DNA of 63,590 nucleotides from Phycisphaerae bacterium (GTDB lineage: Bacteria; Planctomycetota; Phycisphaerae; SM23-33), in assembly GCA_003551645.1 (NCBI GenBank), contig PUND01000065.1:1-63590 (forward strand), in the 5' to 3' direction. This document shows, piece by piece, positions 56,301 through 63,590 of this stretch (the first letter of the stretch is position 1; each line of letters begins with the position of its first letter). The notes beneath the pieces are model-generated. The model did not search any database. It was not told the origin of the DNA and saw only the letters and a program-made list of their open reading frames with translations. The translations under genes were made by a program, and so were the position numbers.

Positions 56301-57128
56301 TCAGAACAACCGAGGTAATTCCCGGGTGAGGCGTTTCTCCACAAGCTGACAGTATTCCCGGCTGATTTCAAAACCGATGAAGTGACGGCCCAATCGTTTC
56401 GCCGCGACGGCGGTTGTGCCACAGCCCATAAAAGGATCAACCACCAAGCCGCCTTCTGGGCAGAAACACCTAATGATATCCTCGGGTATGGCGTCGGGGA
56501 AGGGCGCTGGATGTTGCCGCTTGATGGGATCCTTGTCTCCGGCCATTAGGTAGTCCCATACGGTCCCACGGCATTTCATCTCATTGATTGGCCTTCGGAC
56601 CGTTTCCCCGGTAGTGCCATCTGTCCGTCTGTTGCCGCTGCCGCTCAAGACCTTGCCGCCGTGCTTTGACGGGACCTTCAGCGGTTCTTTGTCAAAGTGG
56701 GCTGGACGATCCCCCTTCAGGAACAGCGGTATATACTCGTGATCGACTCTAAACCGGTGTTTCCACCACGCGCCCTCGGTTCCATGCTTCCGATATATCA
56801 CACACTCAAACAGCTTAAACCCAATGTTGTCGCACCAGTCGACGATTGTACGGAAAGAGGTCAGGGTTTTGCCGAAATTCTGGGTTTGGTCCTGTATGAC
56901 CATTGCTGCGATAGATCCCTGCTTAAGGACTCTATATAACTGTTCGCCAGTGGCATGCAGATCATACTGGAATCCCGTATATGTCCTTACGCCGTCGTAG
57001 GGGGGAGAGGTGACAGCCATATCAACGGACTCATCGGGCAACGCGGCAAGACCTTCCAGGCAATCCATGCACTGGACGGTATCTATCCAGTCAGCGTGTG
57101 TCGAAGTGTCTGTCTGTGCGTGGCTCAT
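56301..57128 (-). CDS. DNA methyltransferase, beta class, N4-cytosine type
   Basis: DCLEGL..LPDESVD..VTSPPY (motif IV), HPAPFP and VVDPFMGCGTT..AA..LGR.FIG.E (motif I, C-terminal). Confidence 0.93.
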   Translation of the reverse strand: MSHAQTDTSTHADWIDTVQCMDCLEGLAALPDESVDMAVTSPPYDGVRTYTGFQYDLHATGEQLYRVLKQGSIAAMVIQDQTQNFGKTLTSFRTIVDWCDNIGFKLFECVIYRKHGTEGAWWKHRFRVDHEYIPLFLKGDRPAHFDKEPLKVPSKHGGKVLSGSGNRRTDGTTGETVRRPINEMKCRGTVWDYLMAGDKDPIKRQHPAPFPDAIPEDIIRCFCPEGGLVVDPFMGCGTTAVAAKRLGRHFIGFEISREYCQLVEKRLTRELPRLF

Positions 57129-57409
57129 TCGGGAGTATCCTATCAGCCAAATTGCCGTGCTGTGTTTTGGCCACTCGCTCAATCCGGAAGCCGCCAGTAC
57201 ACGGAAGCATCGCCCGTGGCGGCAAAACGATCATGTGTCCTTATACACCACGGAACGGGTATGGGCAACTCAGAGGTATGTTTTTCACCAGATCCGGCCG
57301 CTTTTGTCGCCGGTCGGTGCGAAACCGAAGGGATGAGCGAGTGTTGTAGCTAAAGAGCAGGTGAGGAAGCTTTGTCCCGTCCGGGCCAGGCAAGGAAAGG
57401 ATTTTAGAC

Positions 57410-58135
57410 ATGTTGCGTAATTTTCGTGATGCGGCGGCCACGGCGTTGTTCGGCGGCGTTGTGGTTTCGGCAGCGGTCGCTGTGTCGGCGGTTGTGGCTT
57501 TGGGGGCTTCGGGGGATGCGCCGTCGGCTGACCGGCGGTCGGATGCGGTGGTTGTGGCTGCGTACGATTTTGAGAATCCCGACGCCAGGCCCGCCCCCAC
57601 CGAGGTCCACGCGGACGTTGAGGCGGGGCTTTTCATGCACATGGGCTTTTTCCCGCCGACGTCCTGTTTCTTCGACGGCTCGCGGGATGGCGATGAGGGC
57701 GAGGCCGTCGTGGACGGACACTGGCCGGAGTATTACGAGTTCACCGTCGAGGGGCTTGACCTGTTCGAGCGGCTGGATGCGCTGCGGTTCAACGTGGTCA
57801 CGCGCCGGCGCCACGCGTCGGCCGCTCATACGATCTCGGTCAAAGCGGTCGAGGATGAAGGCCGGACCATCGTGCCGCTGAAGTTTGACTTTTACGACCG
57901 CGGCGACGACACCGACCAGGACGAGCCGGCCGAGGCGGGCGTGGAGTCCGTCCGCGTCGGCGAGGCAAGCCCGTACCTCGGCTTTACCGGCAATACAGGG
58001 ACCATAGTGGTTGACCTGTCCGACCTGCCGGCCGCCGATGAACGGACCCTCCGAATCGTCTTCGACGCCTACAGCCACCGCTCTCGCACCGCGGTGGACA
58101 ACGTGGAACTGACCGCCACACCCGCATCCGATTGA
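57410..58135 (+). CDS. Secreted acidic hypothetical protein (beta-sandwich-like)
   Basis: Signal-like N-terminus, Asp/Glu-rich body ending VDNVELTA, and host-like codon usage. Confidence 0.6.
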   Translation: MLRNFRDAAATALFGGVVVSAAVAVSAVVALGASGDAPSADRRSDAVVVAAYDFENPDARPAPTEVHADVEAGLFMHMGFFPPTSCFFDGSRDGDEGEAVVDGHWPEYYEFTVEGLDLFERLDALRFNVVTRRRHASAAHTISVKAVEDEGRTIVPLKFDFYDRGDDTDQDEPAEAGVESVRVGEASPYLGFTGNTGTIVVDLSDLPAADERTLRIVFDAYSHRSRTAVDNVELTATPASD

Positions 58136-58163
58136 CACCCCTGAACGCAAGAGGAATGGAATT

Positions 58164-60872
58164 TTGAATCCGACTAATACGACAAGAGCATATTTGCGGC
58201 AGCTACGAAATCCGGCGACGATCGTTACGCTTGTGCTGGCCCTTGTGGCCCACGCAGCCGCCTACGGCGCCGATCCGGTCTCGCTGGTCGATGAGACCAC
58301 GCCGTGGCGTGTTCACCTGACGGCCGGGCCGAACCTGGTCCGCAACGATGACGGAGAGTTCGAGTTCAGCAGGACCCGGCATTCCCCCGAAGAGTTCCGC
58401 CGCCTGCCTCGCGACCGGCGCCTGCCGCCGGCGGGCTGGACAGACGAGGACTTCGACGATTTCCACTGGCCTCAGTACCAGCCGGAGGAACTGGACGACT
58501 TTATCGGCGGCTACGGCTCCTGGCTGATGGACGGCGGCCACGTGTGGCTGACCACGCTGAGCTTGCGGACGCGCTTCGGTATCGCCGACCCCAGCCGGGT
58601 CGAGGACCTCAAGCTCACCGTTACCTGCCTCGGCGGCGCCGTGGTGTACGTCAACGGCGTCGAGGTCGGCCGGGGATACATGCCCGACGGCGAATTGCAT
58701 CCGGTAACGCCGGCCGACGACTACCCCTCGGAGGCCTACGTTGACGAATACGACGAAGCGCTGCCGCGCGTCGATATTGGCGAGCAGCCGGAGGAGGAAT
58801 GGAAAGACCGCTACGAGAAGCGCATACGCACCTTCACCGTCGATATCCCCTCCGACGTTCTGCGTGAAGGGTCCAACGTGCTGGCCGTTGACCTCCGCCG
58901 CGCGCCGGCGACCGGGCCTTTCGACGAGCAGTGGGACCACGTGGGATTCCGCGAGATCAAACTTACCGGCCGCGGCGACGGCGTAATCGCATACAACAGC
59001 GCCGTCGGCGAGACCCGCATCACCACGCTGCCGGCCCAGCAGCAGGTGGCCCAGACGCTGCCCGACCAATCGCTTATCCAGCGTGGCTGGTTCTGGACCA
59101 TGTACTGGGCACGCGGCATGCCCGTCCAGGGCGTCTCGGTTCCGAACCCCTTCGACCCGCCCCGGCCGGTGCGTATGCCGACACCACGAAACGGCACAGG
59201 CAGCGGGCAGGTTGTGATTTCCGACCCGGAGGGACTGAGTGAGATATCGGCGGAGCTTGCGGGCGATCTGACCGGCCCGGACGGCGCGCGTATCCCGTCG
59301 GGCGCGGTGGATATCCGCTACGCCGTCCAGCGGGATGAGCCGCACTACGCAGATGCGCTGATGCCGAATCCGCCGGATGACGCCTCGGTCTTGCCCGTCT
59401 GGCTTCTGGTGGATGTTCCTTCGGATGCGGCTCCGGGATGGTACACCGCCGATCTGAATGTGGCAGCCAACGGCCAGGATTTTCGAGTGCCGGTGGAGGT
59501 TCTGGTTACCGGTTTCGAGATGCCGGGGCCGCGCGACTTCCAGCACACCTCGGTGGTCCTGACGCAGTCGCCGAAGAGCGTCGCGCTCTATTACGACGTC
59601 GAGCCGTGGTCCGAGGAGCACTGGCGACTGCTGGAGCCGTCGCTGGAGCTGCTTGGCCAGCTCGGCAACGACGCGGTGACTGTTCCGGTGATTCTCAGCA
59701 ACTTCCCTGTCGCCGGCAGGCCGCATCCGCCCGGCAGGAGCGGCAACCAGCTCCGCTGGCGGCAGCCGATGGTCCAATGGGTTGACAACGACGGCAATCT
59801 GGAGCCGGATTTCAGCATCCTTGAGCGGTTTCTCGATATGTACGAAAAGCACGCCGGCATGCCCCAGGCACTGTCGCTGTGGGTGTGGGATCCGCCCTCG
59901 TCGCCTGAGCTGGCGCGGGCGTACGAGGGCCAGCAGGAGGCGGGCTTCGAACACGACGCGTCCGAACCGGTGCTGGTGGAGGTACTTGACCCGGAAACCG
60001 GTGAAATCGAGCACAGGGAGGTCCCGGCCTTCCTCGACGACGGGGCCGAGGATTTCTGGAAGCCGTTTTTCGACGATGTTCGCGATCTGGTTACAGACCG
60101 GGGCTGGGACGAGGAGATAATCATGCTCGGTCTGGGCAGCGATATTCGCCCCGGCAAAGAAACCGGCGAGCTTCTGCGGGAGTGGGCGCCTTATGCGAGG
60201 TGGGATATCCTGTCGCACTTCAGCGGCGACCCGGGCAGCCATCATTACGACGGCAACGACTACACGAGAGAGCAACTCGAAAAAGGCCGGCTTATCGCCC
60301 TGGGCGACCTGGAGGTCGGCGTCAAACGCTGGCCTCACACCGGTTCCGGTCTTGGCGCCGACGGCATCGAGGAAATGCTCGAAAGCCCGCTGGAGTATCT
60401 TAAGGTGCCAACGATTCGCTGGCGTCATCAGAGGTGGTCCCCGCCGCACCTGTTCCGGACCATCCCGCAACTGACGGGCAGGTTCGGACATATGGGACTG
60501 GATTTCTGGATGCCGTCGGACGAAGGCCCGAGTACCCGCACGTTCTTTTCCCACATAAACGCCCTGACGGCGCCGGGGCCGGACGGCGCCGAGCCGACCC
60601 TGCGTTTGCGGATGCTGCGGGAGGGCGTGCAGGACATGGAGCTGCGGATGGCCATCGTGCGCATGTATATGGACCTGCCCGAAGACGAGCGACAGCCATA
60701 CCGCGACCTGCTGGACGATCTGCCCGATTACATCAACTGGAGCAGAGCTTACATGAGCCAGCACGAGCTTTCTTACGATTACCAGGACTATATTGCCCGG
60801 ATCCAGCAGGCGGCCGCCGAGCTTGCCGGCGTGGAGAGCGACGCCGAATGGGACCAACCGCCTAGCAAATAG
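58164..60872 (+). CDS. Secreted glycoside-hydrolase-like protein (galactose-binding-like domain + GH123/DUF4091-like region)
   Basis: Signal peptide, GGAVVYVNGVEVGR beta-sandwich, PVWLLVDVP..AAPG.Y and C-terminal LRLRMLREGVQD.E. Confidence 0.65.
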   Translation: MNPTNTTRAYLRQLRNPATIVTLVLALVAHAAAYGADPVSLVDETTPWRVHLTAGPNLVRNDDGEFEFSRTRHSPEEFRRLPRDRRLPPAGWTDEDFDDFHWPQYQPEELDDFIGGYGSWLMDGGHVWLTTLSLRTRFGIADPSRVEDLKLTVTCLGGAVVYVNGVEVGRGYMPDGELHPVTPADDYPSEAYVDEYDEALPRVDIGEQPEEEWKDRYEKRIRTFTVDIPSDVLREGSNVLAVDLRRAPATGPFDEQWDHVGFREIKLTGRGDGVIAYNSAVGETRITTLPAQQQVAQTLPDQSLIQRGWFWTMYWARGMPVQGVSVPNPFDPPRPVRMPTPRNGTGSGQVVISDPEGLSEISAELAGDLTGPDGARIPSGAVDIRYAVQRDEPHYADALMPNPPDDASVLPVWLLVDVPSDAAPGWYTADLNVAANGQDFRVPVEVLVTGFEMPGPRDFQHTSVVLTQSPKSVALYYDVEPWSEEHWRLLEPSLELLGQLGNDAVTVPVILSNFPVAGRPHPPGRSGNQLRWRQPMVQWVDNDGNLEPDFSILERFLDMYEKHAGMPQALSLWVWDPPSSPELARAYEGQQEAGFEHDASEPVLVEVLDPETGEIEHREVPAFLDDGAEDFWKPFFDDVRDLVTDRGWDEEIIMLGLGSDIRPGKETGELLREWAPYARWDILSHFSGDPGSHHYDGNDYTREQLEKGRLIALGDLEVGVKRWPHTGSGLGADGIEEMLESPLEYLKVPTIRWRHQRWSPPHLFRTIPQLTGRFGHMGLDFWMPSDEGPSTRTFFSHINALTAPGPDGAEPTLRLRMLREGVQDMELRMAIVRMYMDLPEDERQPYRDLLDDLPDYINWSRAYMSQHELSYDYQDYIARIQQAAAELAGVESDAEWDQPPSK

Positions 60873-60887
60873 ACAGGAGCTTCACGC

Positions 60888-62807
60888 ATGCGCAACAGTA
60901 ACCTAATGGCGACCGCGTGTCTGAGGACCGCTGTTATGTTAGCGGCAGTGCTGATTCCGCCGACGGCCGCGCGGGCGATCATCAACCCGCAGTTTACACC
61001 GCGCGACCTTGTCCGAGGCAGCGAGCGGATCATGCTGCTGGAGGTCCGCTCGCCCGAGGAGGGTGTTATTGCCGCGGAGGTGAAGGAAGTCCTGCGTGGC
61101 GAGTCCGCCAAGGAGGATTTTGACCTGCACGTTTATGAGTATCTGGATTCCGGCGATTTGGCGCGTGGCTTCGGCGGCCGGCAGACGGTCACGGCCGTGC
61201 TGCTGCTGGTTCCGGAGACCCCGGGACACGCCAGAATGGGCGAGCCGGACGGCATGCTGCTAGTCGGCACGCAGTGGTTCGCCATGCACCGCGAGAACGG
61301 CCGGAAGGTACTCCGGGAGGATGAGCAGCAGATGTTCTCGGTCTGGGGAGGAAGCGCCCGACTGCTTGCCGAGGCCACGCTATACGCAAAGGCCGACCCG
61401 CGGGCGACGTTCCCGGTCCGCTCGGAGCTGATCTGGGAGTCGGATATCAAGCTTGCCGAGCTGTCTGCGGCGCCGCAAGCCGCACTGGCGATAGACCTTG
61501 GCGAGCCGACAGGCCGGGGCGTGCTGCTGGCCTCAGAGGCGGGCGACCGGTTCTTCGCCGTTACCGACGAAGACGGCCCGGAGGATGTGACCGAGCAGTT
61601 GAACCTGAAAACCGCGTCCAAGCTGGCCGTCCCCGCGGACCTGACCGGAGACGGGCGGCTGGACCTGGTGACGTGGGACGGCGAAAAGCTGAACCTGTCC
61701 GAGCGGACGGACGCGGGCGGATTTGCCGAGCCGCGCGCGATAGCGACCGTCGAGGATTGCGTTTCACTGAGCGCGGCCGTCGCCGAAGACGGCCGGGCCG
61801 GACTTGTCGTCGGCACCGCGGACGGGCCGATGTTGCTGGCGCCGGGGGGAGACGGCTACCGGCTGCGCCCGATTGTTGATACGTCCGAAGATGCCGACCC
61901 GGCGGCGGAACTGGGCGAAGGCGGGCTTTGCGTCACCGGCGACTTCACCGGTAACGGATTTGCCGACGTGATGCGGCTGCACAGCGGCGGCGCGCTGCTG
62001 TACGAGGCGGCGGAGCCGGGCCGATACGAGCAGCCGGTGCTTATTGAGGTCCGCATGCCGGACAGTCCTCGTTCGGCGGTCTGCGGTGACTTCATCCACG
62101 ACGGCCGGCTCGACGTGATGATCGGCGGCGACGGCGGCGTGGTTTTGCTGGCTCGCGACGCCGACGGCGACTGGGCCGACCTGACCGATGTGACCTACGA
62201 ACTGAACCATCACGGCAATCAGCACGCTCCGGTGGTCTCGGCGCTGTCGGCCGCCGACGTCAACAGCGACGGCCGACAGGGCCTGGCGATGTTCTACGCC
62301 GACCGCAAACCGATGCTGTTCTTCAATCGCGGCTTCGGCTGTTTCGGCTGGGCGCGCGAGCTGGATGTGGATGCGGCCACCCACATCATTGCGGGTATGG
62401 GCGGCGACGAGTTGGACGAGCCGCTGGAGGGTATTCGGTCGCTGCAGCGGGGCCAGTCGGCCGCAGTGGTGGCGGACCTCGACGGCAGCGGCCTGGACGA
62501 CCTTTTCGCCGTCACGGCCGATACTCACGAGGCGTGGATGGTCTTCGGCAGCCACGGCGACGATCCGCGCCTGCGCCGGGTGGAGCTGACGCTTCCGGAT
62601 GCGGCGGCCGGGGCGGTGACGGTGACGGTTATAGACGCCAACCGCACCGAGGCCCCGGGCGGGGTGCATGTGGTCCGGCCGGGGATGCCGGTCTCGGTCA
62701 CCAGAGGCCGCGCGGGTCCGGTGGAGCTTCGCTGGGTCGGCCCGGACGGTCGCGAGCGAACCGAGGAGGTAGTCGTCGTCGGCGAGCACCGGGTCGTGCT
62801 GGAATAG
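60888..62807 (+). CDS. Secreted FG-GAP/VCBS repeat protein
   Basis: DLTGDGRLDL, GDFTGNGFADV, GDFIHDGRLDV, ADVNSDG and DLDGSGLDDL. Confidence 0.85.
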   Translation: MRNSNLMATACLRTAVMLAAVLIPPTAARAIINPQFTPRDLVRGSERIMLLEVRSPEEGVIAAEVKEVLRGESAKEDFDLHVYEYLDSGDLARGFGGRQTVTAVLLLVPETPGHARMGEPDGMLLVGTQWFAMHRENGRKVLREDEQQMFSVWGGSARLLAEATLYAKADPRATFPVRSELIWESDIKLAELSAAPQAALAIDLGEPTGRGVLLASEAGDRFFAVTDEDGPEDVTEQLNLKTASKLAVPADLTGDGRLDLVTWDGEKLNLSERTDAGGFAEPRAIATVEDCVSLSAAVAEDGRAGLVVGTADGPMLLAPGGDGYRLRPIVDTSEDADPAAELGEGGLCVTGDFTGNGFADVMRLHSGGALLYEAAEPGRYEQPVLIEVRMPDSPRSAVCGDFIHDGRLDVMIGGDGGVVLLARDADGDWADLTDVTYELNHHGNQHAPVVSALSAADVNSDGRQGLAMFYADRKPMLFFNRGFGCFGWARELDVDAATHIIAGMGGDELDEPLEGIRSLQRGQSAAVVADLDGSGLDDLFAVTADTHEAWMVFGSHGDDPRLRRVELTLPDAAAGAVTVTVIDANRTEAPGGVHVVRPGMPVSVTRGRAGPVELRWVGPDGRERTEEVVVVGEHRVVLE

Positions 62808-62875
62808 GCGGCCTGGCCGCCGCTCCGGATAGCACACTCGGCCCGCCGGCGGCGGTGACAGCCGCCGCAAGGCCA

Positions 62876-62907
62876 ATTCGCGACTCGCGATTCGCCACTC
62901 GCGATTC
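62876..62907. repeat. 7-bp tandem repeats A(T/C)TCGC(G/C) x4+
   Basis: ATTCGCG ACTCGCG ATTCGCC ACTCGCG ATTC, between convergent genes. Confidence 0.8.
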
Positions 62908-62918
62908 TTATGCCGGGC

Positions 62919-63590
62919 CTACGGGCCGTTGAGTATGGCGTCGGCCTTGCCTTCGTCCAGTTCCATAATGTACCGGATTCCGCTGACCTCGGCGGCCTCT
63001 CGCGTAAGCGCGGCCAGGTCCTCGCGGGACAGATGCTCGAGGGCGAACTTCCGGCTGCCGGCCATCAGTTGCCGCAGGCCCTGGTCGAGCCGTTCATAGT
63101 AGGTGTACAACCCGAGCGCCCCGGCCGGGAGCTTCTCAAATTGCTCGTCGCCAAGTTCCCGCCGCAGATGACCGGCGGTGACGAAGATATCGTCGGTGCT
63201 GTTGCCGAAACGCTCCACGTACACGGGAACCTGCTTTTCCTCAATGGTCCGTCCGATGGTCTTGCCGACCATCGTGGCGGCTATCGGCGCCCTGGCCATG
63301 CCGACGAGCTTGATAAACGGCGAACCCATCGCCAGCGCCTTGAATATCTGGTCCTCGAAGGAGAACCCGCCCGCCACGGCTATCGCCGGCAGATGTTCGC
63401 CGCGGTCGGCGAGCTTCTTGGCGTAGCGATGCAGCAGCGAGTGCAGGTACATCGGCGGAACCCCCCACTCATTCATCATCTTCCAGGGGCTCATGCCGGT
63501 GCCGCCGCCGGCGCCGTCCACGGTCAGCAGGTCCAGCTTGTATCGCGAGGCGAACATTACCGCCCGCGCCAGGTCCGCGGGCCTGTAGGC
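62919..63590 (-). CDS. FMN-binding glutamate synthase family protein (5' part outside the window)
   Basis: TVDGAGGGTGMSP, AVAGGF..EDQIFKALAMG and VGMARA. Confidence 0.88.
   Translation of the reverse strand, partial: AYRPADLARAVMFASRYKLDLLTVDGAGGGTGMSPWKMMNEWGVPPMYLHSLLHRYAKKLADRGEHLPAIAVAGGFSFEDQIFKALAMGSPFIKLVGMARAPIAATMVGKTIGRTIEEKQVPVYVERFGNSTDDIFVTAGHLRRELGDEQFEKLPAGALGLYTYYERLDQGLRQLMAGSRKFALEHLSREDLAALTREAAEVSGIRYIMELDEGKADAILNGP

Larger units (their letters stand above)
54860..57400. mobile_element. Small lower-GC genomic islet (RM-like); no integrase or att site seen
   Basis: Spot counts on single 60-nt lines: 30/60 G+C at 55321-55380 versus 44/60 at 53461-53520. Contains the HTH gene, an unknown gene and a DNA methyltransferase. 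Confidence 0.55.

Noticed and set aside
54820-57410. Prophage, integrase or att repeats bounding the islet
   Set aside because: No integrase gene and no flanking direct repeat found by eye.
58203-60857. 884-aa minus-strand ORF
   Set aside because: Antisense shadow of the GH-like gene.
1-63590. tRNA or rRNA genes
   Set aside because: No T-loop/cloverleaf or rRNA signature sequences noticed in any intergenic region.

Overview
High-GC bacterial chromosomal DNA, most likely Planctomycetota (Phycisphaerae-like). This rests on the planctomycete-type prepilin/DUF1559-like gene, five BamB/PQQ-type beta-propellers, a UvrC lacking its HhH domain, and dnaA without dnaN. The gene content looks anaerobic. 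The main feature is a ~26 kb bidirectional cluster (about 3.2-29.6 kb). Its left arm (minus strand) encodes two membrane-anchored beta-propellers, an NHL propeller with a CGCC motif, a tiny Cys-rich Tat-motif protein, a Tat-signal 16-Cys polyferredoxin with a NapH/MauN-like membrane partner, a fused NuoE/NuoF (HydBC/Bfu-type) flavoprotein, and an Stn/Nso-like FAD/Fe-S subunit missing its NADP(H) domain, followed by tatC. Its right arm (plus strand) encodes two more propellers, an HdrA-N-like ferredoxin, a radical SAM enzyme resembling archaeal GDGT ring synthases (Grs), a DUF116-polyprenyl synthase fusion, a prenyltransferase-repeat protein, a DxDD class II terpene cyclase, a fifth propeller and a MacB/LolCDE-type ABC exporter. 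I infer an uncharacterised isoprenoid lipid or cofactor pathway coupled to a cytoplasm-to-periplasm redox chain. The rest of the window holds an RND pump with a decayed TetR, an ECF sigma/anti-sigma module, a cryptic RAYT transposase fragment, housekeeping genes (surE, trmB, dnaA with a candidate oriC, uvrC, trpF) and a probable 6S RNA. It also holds a PlsA/Ger-like double activase (ether-lipid candidate), a lower-GC island (controller-like HTH, DHH-fold protein, N4-C methyltransferase), secreted glycan-related proteins and dispersed 7-8 bp intergenic tandem repeats. No rRNA, tRNA or CRISPR array was seen. All family assignments come from motif reading and recall, not database searches.
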